64,000 nt of DNA from the human T2T-CHM13v2.0 reference genome, Homo sapiens: the NCBI RefSeq assembly GCF_009914755.1, contig NC_060931.1, one strand, 5' to 3'. The notes below the pieces were generated by a model. It saw only the letters and a program-made list of their open reading frames with translations, searched no databases and was not told where the DNA came from. This document shows, piece by piece, positions 1 through 14,799 of the stretch. Numbering within the stretch: position 1 is the stretch's first letter; the number at the start of each line of letters is the position of its first letter. The position numbers and the translations under genes are program-made.

Positions 1-3000
1 GCTGGAAGTGCTCCCAAGAAAAGCCATGAGAGAAAAGCCATGCCATTACATCTGCTTGATATGTACCCTACACTGAGTTCTGCAGCTGCAGGTGCCCAAC
101 ATTTCAAGATAAATGATCCAGCATAAGTACCATGGTAAAAAAAAAAAAAAGAAAAAAGAAAGAAAATCTGTGAACACATTGCTGCAGCTATGCAAGCACG
201 CACGGAAACTTTGCACATTTTGCAAAATACCTTTTTATCTCATATTGAAAATGCAGCTTTTATGTGGGTGCAGGATTTCTATAATAAAGGCATACCTATA
301 GACTCCAGTATGATTCAAGAAAAAGCAAAGTCATTATATGAGAACTTAAAGCTAAAGGAAAGTGAAGAATCCAAAGCTAGAGAATTTAATGCCAGCAAAA
401 GATGACTTGATAATTTTAGAAAGAGATTTTTGGCTTTAAAAATGTCAAGATAACAGGAGAAGCAGCTTCTGCCAACCAAGAGGTAACAGATATCATTAAG
501 AAAATCATGATGAGAAAGGATATCTGCCTGAACAGGTTTTTCATGCAGATGAAAGTGCCATGTTCTGGTGAGGAGAAATGCCACAAAAGACATTTATTAG
601 TAAGGAAGAGATGTAAGCACCAGGATTTAAGACAGAAAGGGATAGTCTAATTCTACTGTACTATGCAAATGCATTTGGGTTTATGCTCAGGACTGCCCAT
701 ATCTATAAAGCTGCTAACCCCTGAGCCTTGAAGGAAAAAGATAAACACCGACAGCCAGTCTTTTGGTTGTACAAGTAAGCCTGGACAGGGAGAACCCCTT
801 TTTTCTGAATTGATTCCATCAATGCTTTGTCCCTGAAATCAGGAAGTACCTTACTAATGAAGAAATGCCCTTTACAATACCATTCAGGACATAGGCATGG
901 GCAAGGACTTCATGTCTAAAACACCAAAAGCAATGGCAACAAAAGCCAAAATTGACAAATGGGATCTAATTAAACTAAAGAGCTTCTGCACAGCAAAAGA
1001 AACTACCATCAGAGTGAACAGGCAACCTACAAAATGGGAGAAAATTTTTGCAATCTATTCATCTGACAAAGGGCTAATATCCAGAATCTACAATGAACTC
1101 CAACAAATTTACAAGAAAAAAACAAACCACCCCATCAAAAAGTGGATGAAGGATATGAACAGACACTTCTCAAAAGAAGACATTTATGCAGCCAAAAAAC
1201 ACATGAAAAAATGCTCATCATCACTGGCCATCAGAGAAATGCAAATCAAAACCACAATGAGATACCATCTCACACCAGTTAGAATGGCGATCATTAAAAA
1301 ATCAGGAAACAACAGGTGCTGGAGAGGATGTGGAGAAATAGGAACACTTTTACACTGTTGGTGGAACTGTAAACTAGTTCAACCATTGTGGAAGTCAGTG
1401 TGGTGATTCCTCAGGGATCTAGAACTAGAAATACCATTTGACCCAGCAATCCCATTACTGGGTATATACCCAAAGGATTAGAAATCATGCTGCTATAAAG
1501 ACACATGCACACGTATGTTTACTGCAGCACTATTCACAATAGCAAAGACTTGGAACCAACCCAAATGTCCAACAATGATAGACTGGATTAAGAAAATGTG
1601 GCACATATACACCATGGAATACTATGCAGCCATAAACAAGGATGAATTCATGTCCTTTGTAGGGACATGGATGAAGCTGGAAACCATCATTCTCAGCAAA
1701 CTATCGCAAGGACAAAAAACCAAACACCGCATGTTCTCACTCATAGGTGGGAATTGAACAATGAGAACACATGGACACAGGAAGGGGAACATCACACACT
1801 GGGGCCTGTTGTGGGGTGGGGGGAGGGGAGAGGGATAGCATTATGAGATATACTTGATGTTAAATGATGAGTTAATGGGTGCAGCACACCAACATGGCAC
1901 ATGTATACATATGTAAGTAACCTGCACGTTGTGCACATGTACCCTAAAACTTAAAGTATAATAAAAATAAATAATAAATAAATAAATAAGAAATGCCTTT
2001 TAAGCTTCTTTTGATATTGGACAATGTCCCTGGCCACCCAGAACCCCATGAGGTCAACGCCAAAAACGTCAAAGTGGTCTACTTCTCCCCAAACACAATG
2101 TCTCTAATTCAACTTCTAAATCAAGGGATCATAAGGACCTTTAAGGCTCATTACACATGGTACTCTATGGAAAGGAGTGTCAATGCTATGGAAGAGAACC
2201 CGGTAGGGAGAACATCATGAAAGTCTGGAAGGTTTACACCATTGAAGATGCTGCTGTTTTTACAGAAAAGCTCATGCAAGCCATCAAGCCTGAAACAATA
2301 AATTCCTGCTAGAGAAAACTGTATCCAGACGTTGTTCATAACTTCCCAGAATTTACAAAAGAGCCAATCAAGGAAATTATGAAAGAGATTGGGGATATGG
2401 CAAAAAAGTTGGGGAGTGAAGGGTTTCAAGATACGAATCTTGGAAATATTCAAGCGCTAATAGATACCATGCCAGAGGAATTAACAGAAGATGACTTCAT
2501 GGAGGTGAGTTCTTCTGAACCAGTGCTAGACAATGAGGAAGAAGATGTGGAAGAAGCAGTGCCAGAAAACAAATTGACATTAGACAATCTGGGAGAAGGG
2601 CTCAGATTATCCAAGATTGCTTTTTATTTCTTTTATGACATGGGCTTTCTGTATATGGGCACTGAAACTAAAGCAAATGGTGGAAGAATTGGTACTAAAT
2701 AGAAACATTTTGAGAGACATGAAAAAGCAAAAAAGTCAGATAAATTACCACATATTTTCCTAAAGTTACACCAACTGTGCCTGCCTCTGCTGACCCCTCT
2801 TCCACCTCCTTCACTTCCACCTCTGCCATCCCTCAGATAGCAAGACCAACCCCCGTCTTCCTCCTCCTCCTCAGTCTGCTCAATATGAAGACAAGAAAGA
2901 TAAAAGTCTTTATGATGATTCACTTCTACTTACTGAATAGTAAATACATGTTCTCTTCCTTAGGATTTTTTAATAATATTTTCTTTCATCTAGCTTACTT

Positions 3001-3191
3001 TATTATAGGAATATAGTATATAATACATGTAGCCTACAAAATATGCATTAATTGCTTATGCTGTCAATGAAGCTTCCACCCAACAGTAGGCTATTAGCAG
3101 TTAGGTTTGGGGGAAGTCAAAGGTTATACATGAATTTTTCACTGCCTGGTGCATCCATGCCCTTAATCCTCCCATCGTTCAAGGGTCAACT
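1..3191 (+). mobile_element. Tigger2 (pogo/TcMar-Tigger) DNA transposon, decayed transposase, interrupted by an L1; left end outside window
   Basis: ORF fragments TFLSHIENAAFMWVQD (190-405), PFKLLLILDNVPGHPEPH (1993-2220) and EELTEDD..ENKLTLDNL (2379-2702) match Tigger2 transposase (CENPB-HTH + DDE). Right terminal inverted repeat GTTCAAGGGTCAACT at 3177-3191. Confidence 0.9.
875..1987 (+). mobile_element. 5'-truncated L1PA (about L1PA4/5) inserted in Tigger2
   Basis: ORF2 C-terminus (897-1757), 3'UTR and A-rich tail. TSD AAGAAATGCC(C/T)TTTA at 860-874 and 1988-2002. Confidence 0.95.
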
Positions 3192-3491
3192 TTGGTTTTG
3201 ACCCTTGAGCAGTGATGAGGATTAGGGACACAATGCAGGATTTTGAACAGAGGCATGACATGAGCATTATGACTAATTACTTATCATTAGAGATGATGTG
3301 CTTCAATTATACATTCTGGGATCTTACCTTAAGTCCGAAAAACTTTTTAGTAGAGTAGTCCTTTTTCAAATATTCTGCTCGGGTTTACAGGGATTATTTT
3401 TTACAACAGGACTTTAAAATAGGACTAAATTTGCCAAGGGCCTCTTCCATGTTCACAAAACCACCTTTAAATATGACATCTCTGGAGAGGA

Positions 3492-3610
3492 GTGTGTGCG
3501 TGTGTTTGTGTGAATGTGTCTAAGTGTGTATGTGTGTGAATGCATGGGTGTGGTGGTGAGGGTGTGCATACATGTATGTGGAGGGCTTGGTGTGTACATG
3601 TATGTGCAGG
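3492..3610. repeat. Degenerate TG-rich simple repeat
   Basis: Imperfect (TG)n/(TGTA)n run. Confidence 0.7.
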
Positions 3611-4649
3611 CACACACTCACACGCTCCCAAGCTAATACCTGAATGCTGCTGCCATCCTACTGGACTCATGCCAAGTCCCTTCCCACTCTGATATTTTAG
3701 GTGCAAACCTGTGTTTCTGGGTGTGGAGCAGAGTCTGAGAAAAAGTAATGTCCCTAGGCCTGTAGTCATGGGCCAGTATGCCTCTGCAATAAATGAAACT
3801 TCAGCTCTAGATACACACAGCTCGGGCAACTTGACATCTGCATGAAAGATTTTGTAAATTATGCATTTTCTTCATGCTGCATAGTTAAATGAGAGATGAT
3901 AGATACAATGTTAGCTCTTGTGCAGGCATTTAGAAGGAACCACATCATCTTCAGTTGGTTGGGAAACAGCTAGCAAGGACAAAACAGTATTCTTTCACAT
4001 TGTATTTTTCCACAAAAGCCCTGTCACCAGGCACCACGTATTTCAAAGAAATTTTACTGCTAGAACTTGGTGGTACATTTTAGGGTTTCTAGCAGCAAGG
4101 GCATTAACTTCTCATATTTTGCTTCATTCCTGATATCTTTATTGAAAGTTAATTTTTCTTTACAGGTCGTTGTACTTGCTAATATTGCCTGAATAAAATG
4201 TAATGGTGCAATAAGGTAGAATTTGTCCCATGGAACAGATAAACGTGAGGCTATTGAATAGGGACCTTCAGCTTACCACCCTTTGTTTGCTGTTCCAAGT
4301 GCCTCTATGATAAGCTTAACAGATCCTTTAACTATTAAACTTTCATATCCAAAAGGCACTCTATTAACATATTTATCTAATAAGAGAGGAGTGCAATATT
4401 ACCCTGTATTAATTTCTTTTTTAAAATTCATCTAGAAAATTGAATTAAACCAATTCAAATCTTCTGATAGAACATGCAAGCCAATAAACTTTCTTCTCTG
4501 TCTCCCTTCTAACTGTCATGTAATCTAAATGCTGGCACTCAGTAGTTTTGTTAAATTATTATTTGTCTAAGGGTGTTTACATCAATATTCAAACCGAATG
4601 GTAATCTTCTGAGATGGAAAATATAGCAGTTTAGAGGTATTCTTTTGCT

Positions 4650-4866
4650 GATACAGTCAAGGAGAGCATGGACCCTGGAAGTAGCCTGCCTAGGTTTGAA
4701 GCCCAGGCCTGAGCCCACTAACTTTGTAAATAAGGTCAAGTTATCTAACCTCTCTGGAATTCCATTTCATTATCAGTGAAATGGAAATAGCAATAAGGAT
4801 GTCAAGAGGATAAAATGAATTCATATATGAAAGCACTTAGAACAGTATTTGATACGTGATAAGTTG
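4650..4866 (+). mobile_element. MIR SINE
   Basis: MIR core GGTCAAGTTATCTAACCTCTCTG...AAATGGAAATAGCAATA and 3' AAAGCACTTAGAACAGT. Confidence 0.75.
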
Positions 4867-6096
4867 CTATCGATAAATGGAAAAATATTTATGACCTACT
4901 CTAAAGAAAAAAACTTGTGAGGTGGGGGACATGTAAATTACTGCCTCTACCTCTAGCATTATTTTGCTATAGACCAGCTGGTCCCATTAAATCTCTAAAT
5001 CCTCAAAGATATGGGGCCCATGCTCTCTCCTCCTTGCAAAGATAGTATTCACACAGGTGATTCTAAACATGAGGCCAAATTGCCATTCTCATTTCTTCTC
5101 TTCTTTTTCGAATGTTCTCGTTGATTATTGGGGAAGAATATCTTGAGCTTATCTCTGTGAGGGAAGACCTAATATGCTCCTTCCCAGGATTATTGGTGTT
5201 TATGGGGGCAATACGGAGTGGCAAGGCCTAAGAGTATGAATAATATAACCCAGAAATGGTTTTAGGGATTCACGCTCCCTGGCATTCTGGTGAAATGCTG
5301 ATGCTGCCATCCTTCAGGGATGCAGATCAGTGTCGAAGTGAACCAGAGAGAGTGTTGTGCATTATTTCCTATACATGCCCCCCCACACACACACTAACAT
5401 GGCCCTGGCCCACACAGTGATCATTCACTCAAAAATGGCTTGTCCTTCCACCCATCTCCCTCCTGAAGGTTCTGCGTTTGTTCCCTCCACCCAGAACGCT
5501 CTGGTCCAGCCCATGTGTTACTTCCTCAGAAAGGTTTTCTGTGATCAATCAAGGGGCTGGAACAGTAGCTGGCACATGATAGACACTCAATAAATAGTTA
5601 TAGATATATGAAGGAATGATCTGTGTTTTCACAAAGTCAAACAGTATCTAGCCAAAAAGCTACAAAGTCAAAAGGCAGCCTTTGTCACTTTCTTTTGAGG
5701 GGATAGAAGAGTTAACATATACACATGGTTCAAAAGTCAAGTAGTACAAAATAATGTACAGTGAAAAGTCATCTATTTTCCTGTCCTTCATCCATCCTGT
5801 TCTCCTCCTAGATACAACTGATGTTGTGAATTTTTTGTGTGTCCATAGATATTTTCCTTTTGTCAACCACTATGTGTGTATGTGTATAGACATACCTATA
5901 CAGCTATACATATGTATGTATAATCTGCCCTCCCCTCCCAATTTATAACGATTATAAACAATCTTTGTTATCTATTTCTTCCCAGAACTCTTCTGTCTTT
6001 GCTTTGTGTTTTGTCTGTTTTGAACACCTAATATAGTTGAGCTTAGAGAATTACCAAATCAAATAATAATTATTCAAGTTCTTTAAAATGAGAGCT

Positions 6097-6394
6097 ATTT
6101 CACTGAGAATAATGGCCTCAAGTCAAACACCACATGTCCTCTCTTATAAATGGGAGCTAAACAATGGGTACACATGAACATACAGGTGGAATAATGGACA
6201 CTGGAGACTCCAAAACATGGGAGGATAGGAGAGATGGGGGCTGAAAACTTTCCTAGTGAGTACAATGTTCACTATTTGGATGAGGGGTACACTAGAAGGC
6301 CAGACTTCACCCATGCACAATATATTCATGTAACAAAAATGCACTTATATCCCCAGATATATAAATGTTTTAATTTAAAATAAATAAGTAAAAT
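6097..6394 (+). mobile_element. Short L1PB-type 3' end with 23-bp 5' inversion
   Basis: L1 3'UTR and tail. TSD AAAATGAGAGCT at 6085-6096 and 6395-6406. 6097-6119 is the reverse complement of L1 GAGGCCATTATTCTCAGTGAAAT. Confidence 0.85.
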
Positions 6395-6419
6395 AAAATG
6401 AGAGCTCCTCTAATGTTTA

Positions 6420-6986
<567 letters not shown>

Positions 6987-7675
6987 CTACGCATTTTTAT
7001 CCTTTAATAGTTTTTTGGAACGACTTACATACATAGGTTAAAAATCTCCATGTCCTATGTGATCCATGTCTAGTTATGTTGTTTGGGCCTCTAATGCTAA
7101 CATTCCTTTGTTTTCTACCCACTCAACTGCATGAAGCCATGACTTCTGCCTTTCCTCCTTTCTAGAACATTTTATTTTACTTGTCTTATCTTACATCCCA
7201 GGGGTAATGTACAAATTTCTGCCCAACACAAATATCTACTTACTTCTTTTTACCCCCATTTTCAAATTTTCAGCTCTTACAAAATCTCTTTGAGGCTCAC
7301 CCATAGCTAAAAGTGATGAACCATAGAATAGGTTATGACCAGTGCTGTGTCTTAGAAATAGGAATCGTTTCTAAATTAATTGGCTTAAAAGCCAATACTT
7401 TCCCACTATGAAGCCTATCATGGAAATGAATAAAACTGTAAAGGAATGAATTAAAGGTAATTTCGCATTGTAAACCATTTGCCACATTTGACTTACAAAT
7501 TTCACATTTAAATAAAAGAAGTTGGGGTTGAAATAAAAAGCTGTTACACAAGGAAAAAAGAAAAATACTTAATAGAAATTCATGATCAATATTTCTCTTG
7601 AAAGAAAAATAGATTACTTTTGATGAGTTCAAACAAGTGACTCATGACAATATTAGTTATACATTTAAATATAAA

Positions 7676-7678
<3 letters not shown>

Positions 7679-7720
<42 letters not shown>
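7679..7720. repeat. (GT)21 microsatellite
   Basis: Perfect dinucleotide run. Confidence 0.98.
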
Positions 7721-7723
<3 letters not shown>

Positions 7724-8264
7724 CACAGACAACAGTAAATTTCTTTGGCAAGCTTGGGTTCTTCTCCAACCTGTGGCCAACTGAACTGAATAGCATCCTT
7801 GGAACTTTATCTTCTACCACTAATAGGCTATATTTCAGACAGACAAATTGAACAGAAGAATGAGAAAATGTAGCTGTAGAAGTTTTTTTAGAAACATTTA
7901 TTCAATATTATGTTTTCAAATACAGAAACTGTATACATACAAAAATATAAATATGTGTGTGTGCATTTTTCATAATAAAAACTACAGAAAGCAAATCAAT
8001 ACTTGGCAACATTTTCTTGGCTGGAAGAAATATACAGAATGTATAGTGATTCTCAAATGGAGGTTTACATCTGGGGAGGTACTGAAATCTCAAAAAAAGG
8101 GAAAGATGCAAAATTTTTTTATTCCACTATAAGCAAAGAATCTGAAGCGTTACAAAACATGGGTATGTGGGAGATAGAAAGAGGGTAAGCGACTATAGTA
8201 CTGCTTGGACTAAAGAAAGAACTATTCTCTGTTTGGACTCTGGCCCCAAGTTCATAATCATGAT

Positions 8265-8835
8265 TCTAACAGCCAGCATTTTTTGGCCATCACTCTGAGC
8301 GCCAGGCACCGGACTAAGCACTACCTCATTTTATCCTTCCCTGACCTTCATATACACACTGTTAATACCTCTGTTTTATGGATGAAGAAACAGATGTCTG
8401 GAGAGCTCAAGTAACTTACCAAGATCACACAAATAGTAAAGTCAAAGTCAAGATTTGAAACAGGACATCAATGCTTTACTTTTCTTTTCTTTTTTTTTTC
8501 CTTTTTTTTTTTTTTTGAGATGGAGTCTCTCGCTCTGTAGCCCAGGCTGGAGTGCAGTGGCGCCATCTCGCCTCACTGCAAGCTCCGCCTCCCGGGTTCA
8601 CGCCATTCTCCTGCCTCAGCCTCCTGAGTAGCTGGGACTACAGGCACTCGTCACCAGGCCCGGCTAATTTTTTTTTTTGTATTTTTAGTAGAGACGGGGT
8701 TTCACCACGTTAGCCAGGATGGTCTCCATCTCCTGACCTCGTGATCTGCCCGCCTCAGCCTCCCAACGTGCTGGGATTACAGGCGTGAGCCACCGGGCCT
8801 GGCCAGGACATCAATGCTTTTAACCACTGTATACT
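8265..8835 (-). mobile_element. MIR interrupted by AluY
   Basis: GATGAAGAAACAGATG...AAGTAACTTACCAAGATCACAC...GATTTGAAACAGG, resuming after the Alu with TTTAACCACTGTATACT. Confidence 0.7.
8478..8804 (-). mobile_element. AluY
   Basis: AluY diagnostics (CAAGCTCCGCCTCCCGGGTTCACGCC, GTTAGCCAGGATGG, GACCTCGTGATC). TSD AGGACATCAATGCTTT at 8462-8477 and 8805-8820. Confidence 0.96.
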
Positions 8836-9109
8836 ATGCTACTCTATTCTATTCTACTCTACTGGAAAGAACTGATTTTTGCTTTTCACTAAAATATTCT
8901 CATTAATGTCTTTGCTATAGTTGACTATGATTACACCATATAGTCTGTTCTCTTAAACCATATCATTTCCTAAGAGCTATATTCCAAAATTATTTGGATA
9001 TTTAGCATAAATAGATGGATTGTACTGGGATTCAATGGTTGAATTGCTGGCTTCCTACAAATTTGTTCTGTGGCGAGGTGCATAATAAAAGCTCTTTTGT
9101 CTAACAGGA

Positions 9110-9260
9110 ATAATAATAGCTAATGATTTTTGAGTGCCATGTGCTAGCTGCTATTCTGAGAGATTTAAGTTTATTAACTGAAAGAGATTTAATCTTCATA
9201 ACAACCTTATGAAGTAGGTGCTATTATTATATCCAATTTATAGATGGGAAAACTGAAAAT
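9110..9260 (-). mobile_element. MIR fragment
   Basis: TTTAATCTTCATAACAACCTTATGAAGTAGGTGCTATTATTATATCCAATTTATAGATGGGAAAACTGA. Confidence 0.75.
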
Positions 9261-9739
9261 GTGCTTTTTGAAGACCTGTGAACAGATATAATCCCTAAAA
9301 AGATATGAAAAGCAAGCTGCAAAATTAAAACAAATGCTTAATAAAATGTCTACCATACATAACATTATATAGGTTCTATTAGTTATTGAATGTGATATAT
9401 GTAAAGTCTTTATTACATCTGAAAACAACTTGTAGAATAGATTTTTCTCACTTGCAAGAATTCCTGAGTATTCACTGTGCTTGCTAAGAAAGACGTCTCA
9501 GCCAACCTTTAAATAAAATGAGTATTCATAGCCAAAGAACTCAAAAGGAAAATCATAAAAATCTCTCAAACATTTTCACCGAAAAAACAGAGAGAGAGAG
9601 AGAGAAAGAAAGTTGAGGGGTTTCCCAAAGAAAGGGAAAGACTTTTGAAGGGGCTAAAATGGCCTTGGAAGTGCTAAGGACTTTACATTCACCTTGTTCA
9701 AGTTCACTCTAAGTTTAAGATGCACTAAAGAACCATGAA

Positions 9740-9885
9740 ATAAGATTCGAAAGCTGATGATCCTGCTCTGCTCCCCGCTGGCCGTATGACCCTGGGCAAA
9801 GCCCTTAGTGGCCCTGTTCCTCATCATCAAACAGTACAGTTGTAAAGATTAAACAAGGTTGTGTATTGGAAAGTGCTTTGCCAAC
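9740..9885 (+). mobile_element. MIR fragment
   Basis: CTCTGCTCC..TGACCCTGGGCAAAG..GTTGTAAAGATTAAA..GAAAGTGCTTTG. Confidence 0.55.
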
Positions 9886-12548
9886 CATATATTTCTACAG
9901 AAGTAAGATAGAGCTGTTAATTCCAGCCATTCAGTTTTTCTCCTATTGAGAGAAGAGCAATTAAAATTCTAAGGTATTTTTAAAAGAAATTTTGTTTTCT
10001 TTATTATTAAGTAAATGTAATAATGCAACAAAATGTTGTCAAGTCACTCTCTGTCCTTGGGAGACTTCTTTCTATAAATAGCTAAGGATAATTAGCCTGT
10101 TGACTTTCTGTAAAAGAGCATTGCTTAGATGCTGGAGAAGTTTGTTTATTTATTTAAGTAGTCTCAACATACTCTCTGAAATATTATTTATGCCTGCCAG
10201 TGCTCATCAAGGTGCCCTGAGCACTTTTGCAGCCACCAGCCTCTGGGTTAGGTGCTGCTGAGACCCACAAGGCAAATGTCCACTCTGTTTTCTCAAAAAC
10301 CCAAGTCCCTGCAGCTGCCTGTGGGGCTGCCCTAAACTGCGTGAGGGCCGCAAGGCACCCTTTCTCTCACTCAAGGCCTGGGCTTGAGCAGAAGAGATAA
10401 AGACCTTCTTTTCTCATGTTCAGTGAGGAGATGGCTCAATCTGCCAGCCAGACTTTTCCCTCCACTTCAGAAATTTAAGGAACCCTATGCAAGGGGACCT
10501 TGCAAGCCCATCTTGGCACAGAGGTCACTAGAGACAAAATAAAGAGAAGCAGAGAGAGAAAGAGGGCAATGATGGAATCCCACAACTCTCTCCAGCTACC
10601 CAACTATGTGCCAATTAATTTTCACAATATTTTCACCTGGCTGAGTGGAGCCTCAAATACTGAGGACAGCCAAACCTTCCTTCCCCCTTCTCTTAAGCTG
10701 TGTCCCCACCCCAGTACCTGCATCCCTGCACTCACAGGCATATGCATAGCATTATGTCTTCTACCTGGGAGAGACTGGGGTGGGTGTAATGAAAGGGGAG
10801 GAGGATTAAGAAGACAAATGTAGAGGAAGGGGCAAAGGGTAAGGTAACTACTCCATCTCTGTCCCTCACTCCGAAACTGAAGCATTTGAGAGATTTAGTG
10901 CAGCTCCAGAGTAGCAGAGCCACCCCTTGGCTGGGGGAACAAAGGGCAGGGCAGCAGGGCCATTCTCCCAGCCCCTTAAAGAAGGCGGGAACACCTGAAC
11001 TCTGGAAGCACTGGAAATGTGGAATCAGCCCAGACTTGTTGCAGGAATTCTTGTGCTGGGCGCGGCAGCAGTGAGAAATCAGCAAGTGACATTCCCACAT
11101 CAGAGTTAGAATAGAATCTGAATCAAGGGTGCACGAATCACTGCTGCCAGCCTGGTGCATAGATGTGCATAAAGCACCCTAAAAACAACACCCGGAAATA
11201 GTGCAAGTGACCTTGAGAGGCCACCAGAGTCAGACAGGTGGGGGTTCATGCTATCATGGCTTACTACCTAATGACAAATGTGGCCTGGGACACCTTGGTT
11301 ACATTCCCTGCGTTACTCCTCTCACTAATCCATCCATGTGTCTTACTGTCCTGACCCACATCACAAAGCTCCCCTGTAGATGGAGTGGGAAGCCTTCAGC
11401 TCCCAATGGAGAACCACTTGTGGACTCGACAAAACTCCTTCTCATATAAAAGTTCAACTAGGTTTTTGACTCTTTATCAAAAATTCGAACATGGAACAAG
11501 TTAATAAAGTTTACACCTATCAGTGAGACAAAGATGATAACAATTAGGCACAAAAACTGACTCATCCCATGCAACTCTTGCACCCAAGAGGGCTGTGTAA
11601 CAGGTAGTCTGAACTTGCTGCATATCATGCCTTAAATCTTTGTCAAAAGAAAGACAGCACTGAGACAGGCTTACACTGAACCTAATGAGTTGCTCTGGTG
11701 GTCTTCTCAAGCTTGAAGCAACTATTTCCGTCTTCCCAGGACTGAAATGGTTATGAATCACTGTTTCTGTGTTTAAATTTTGATTTCTTATGATTTTCAA
11801 ACATAAATGTTGCTACTTTTAGCTGCTCACAGATCTAGAAAGACATGGATACATACCTAAAATTTGTGGCTGTATTAGATACAATCTCCTTTCACAAAAT
11901 CTTGCATATTGCACTACTTGCAAAAGGGTGCCTTTTCCCAGTTGTATGGCAGGGAGTGGGAGGAAATTTCACTTTATGTTAAAATGTCAACTTTTGATGG
12001 AATAAAACCTGAAAATGGAGAGACTATCACATGAATAAGAGAAGATAATATTGTCCATTTACTACCTAGGTAGATTTCACTGTTTCTTTAAAAAAAAAAA
12101 TGTTTGAAATGGAAAGGAACTTTTAAAAGCCAAATTAGGCACCAAAAAAAAATTCTTATCTTACTCTGATTCCCCCTAGTCCCATTCACCTCTGTCTATG
12201 ACCCAAAGCATTCTAGGGAGAATAATAGGAAGAGGTAAAAGGAAAAGAAGGTAGAGGATGAATAAAATTGTCCTCCAAGAAAGTGGGAGACACTAAAAAT
12301 TAGGGAAAAGGATTCAGAACTTCAAATGAAATCGCAGAATAAAATCTTACATTTTTGTTCCAACACAAGCATGATTTCTATGCTCACGAGTTACATTAAT
12401 ATAAGATGTAATTTAATGGGTCTTCATTTGCCATTTGAAATCCGTTTAACAGAGTTGCTCTATCTGGTTTTATCTACTTTAATTAATGTTTACACTTCTA
12501 CTCCTAAATCTAAGGCATCTTCAAAAAGGATATTGCCTAAAATTTTAA

Positions 12549-12850
<302 letters not shown>

Positions 12851-14799
12851 AAGTTTAAAATCTTTAATGGAACAAAGGAGAGTCACTATTTCAGGGGAAC
12901 ACTCCTTGCTACATGGACAAAGGATGCAGGAGCTGGAATCTAGCTTTTGTTTTTGTCCTCCTTCGCTGAGCAGCAGGAGCAGAGGATTGAGCTAATTGAC
13001 TTCCATAACTCATGGCACATTGCTTTACTTGGTCCTAGGAAAGTCTCTCTTTTATTTTACTTTCGAATTTTGTACTACTGCCTATTCCTTTTCCATCTCC
13101 CCCTCCCCAAACTGGCTTCATTTCTCATGTGTTTGATATATTTTTCTTTTATCAGACCACCCTTATTCTGTACTCAAGCCTCCCCCTAATCTTGGCACCC
13201 ACTCTCCAGAGTCTTCTCCCCATCTATGGTCATGCCCTGATGTCAGCTTTAGCACCCTGGGTTATCTGTCCCTCTGCCTCCTCACTCACCATTTCCTTCC
13301 CTGCTGGCTTGATGTTGCCATGACTGTCCAATCAGTAACCACCCTGCTAGGCTCAGGGCTGCAGTTCTCAAACAAGGGCAATCTGCAGGAATAGCCTGGA
13401 TCTTCCAGGAGGCCTTTGGCTTCCCAGAATCTGCTGTCAGGGAACCTCCATCTAATACATAACCAAAAAAAAAAATAACTCTCTTGGAACTCTAAGGAGT
13501 ATGTGTCATACATACTCATAATTCAGAATTGGAGAACAAAAAGTATCTTCATAATGGCATTGAACTCTACTTCAGGGGAATTTGGAAAATATGAAAGAGA
13601 CAAAATACTTGTTTGTGTCTGCTCTTCATCAGTGGTGGCCTGCTATTCAGGATTTACTAGGCAACCATAATGTTCGAGCATTGACTAGCTATCCAGAATG
13701 CAGACAATGTGTGTCCCCAATTCAAAAGAAGCATAAAGGAGAAAATATTATTGTGTTTATAACACAATAAAGGGATTGAAAATGAGCCATGGTCCGCCAA
13801 ACTAACAATGTTCAGATTTGTGCTACTGTTCGGGGCCTGTTGCCGATCTTGGACTCCAGTGGACCCTGCTGTACGCTGAAAGAGTTCTTAAATGTCCAAG
13901 AAAACTCTGGTCACCCACTGGACACACCATTCTCTTGGTGGGATTTACCACAGCAGGCCCATCAGAGAGGTGGCTTAGTATGGAAGACTGTTATTAATTG
14001 AGTTCTTTATGAAAAAGCTTTCAAAATATGCAATACAATGGAAATTCTTTGAAACTCATTTTAAATCTTCAATCTGGCAATGTCAAGCAGACAAAATATG
14101 GAGCAGCATATGTTTTTAAGTATCTCACAGCTGTCGTCTTAAAAGCTGTAGACAGCTTTAGTTCAGCCAACATACTCATTTCCTGCAAATAAAAAGTTGA
14201 ACAGACAAATACCCATATCTCTGCACTCAAAATGCATGTGCTTGAATATTATTCTTCATTATATATAGCACTTTTTATTTGTAAAGCACTTTCTAATTAC
14301 TCTGGTGACTTACTCTCTAAGGCAATCCTGCGAATGGCATTTTCAGAGTTGATAGACAAGAGAATTAAAATGCTGAGACTGTGGCACAGGCTGAGGGCCT
14401 GTGCCTCTTAGGTCCTGCAGCTCCATGTGTTGGGATGAGGAGATGCTGAAAAATGTGAGGTGCATTTAGAGACTTCTGAATCACTACTTTCTGCCCTAAG
14501 TGGATGTTCTTGGGGCAACCTGTTATTGGGTGAGATCTGTCCTTGGCAATATGAAAGTAATGCTGGTTTATACTTTATGATTCTTTTCTCCTAAGTTACT
14601 TAAAGTGCTTTTCAGGTAATAACTCACAAATTACCATAGCATCTCTATGATACATGTCTGCGGCAGATATTATCTTCATTTTAGCAATAAGAAAGAAATG
14701 GAAGCATAGAGTCATAGAACAACTTAGAGCCTCCCCTGGCTCCCAGCCAGCAGGCTGATTTAGCAAACAAGCATGCAAGTAAATTCAATGAAGATCATT

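Noticed and set aside
3179-3208. 11-bp inverted repeat TCAAGGGTCAA/TTGACCCTTGA at the Tigger2 end, resembling a second TIR
   Set aside because: The right arm lies in L2-like sequence (TTTGGTTTTGACCCT..GATTTTGAACAGAGGCATGACATGA) and no Tigger2 sequence follows, so it is probably coincidental.
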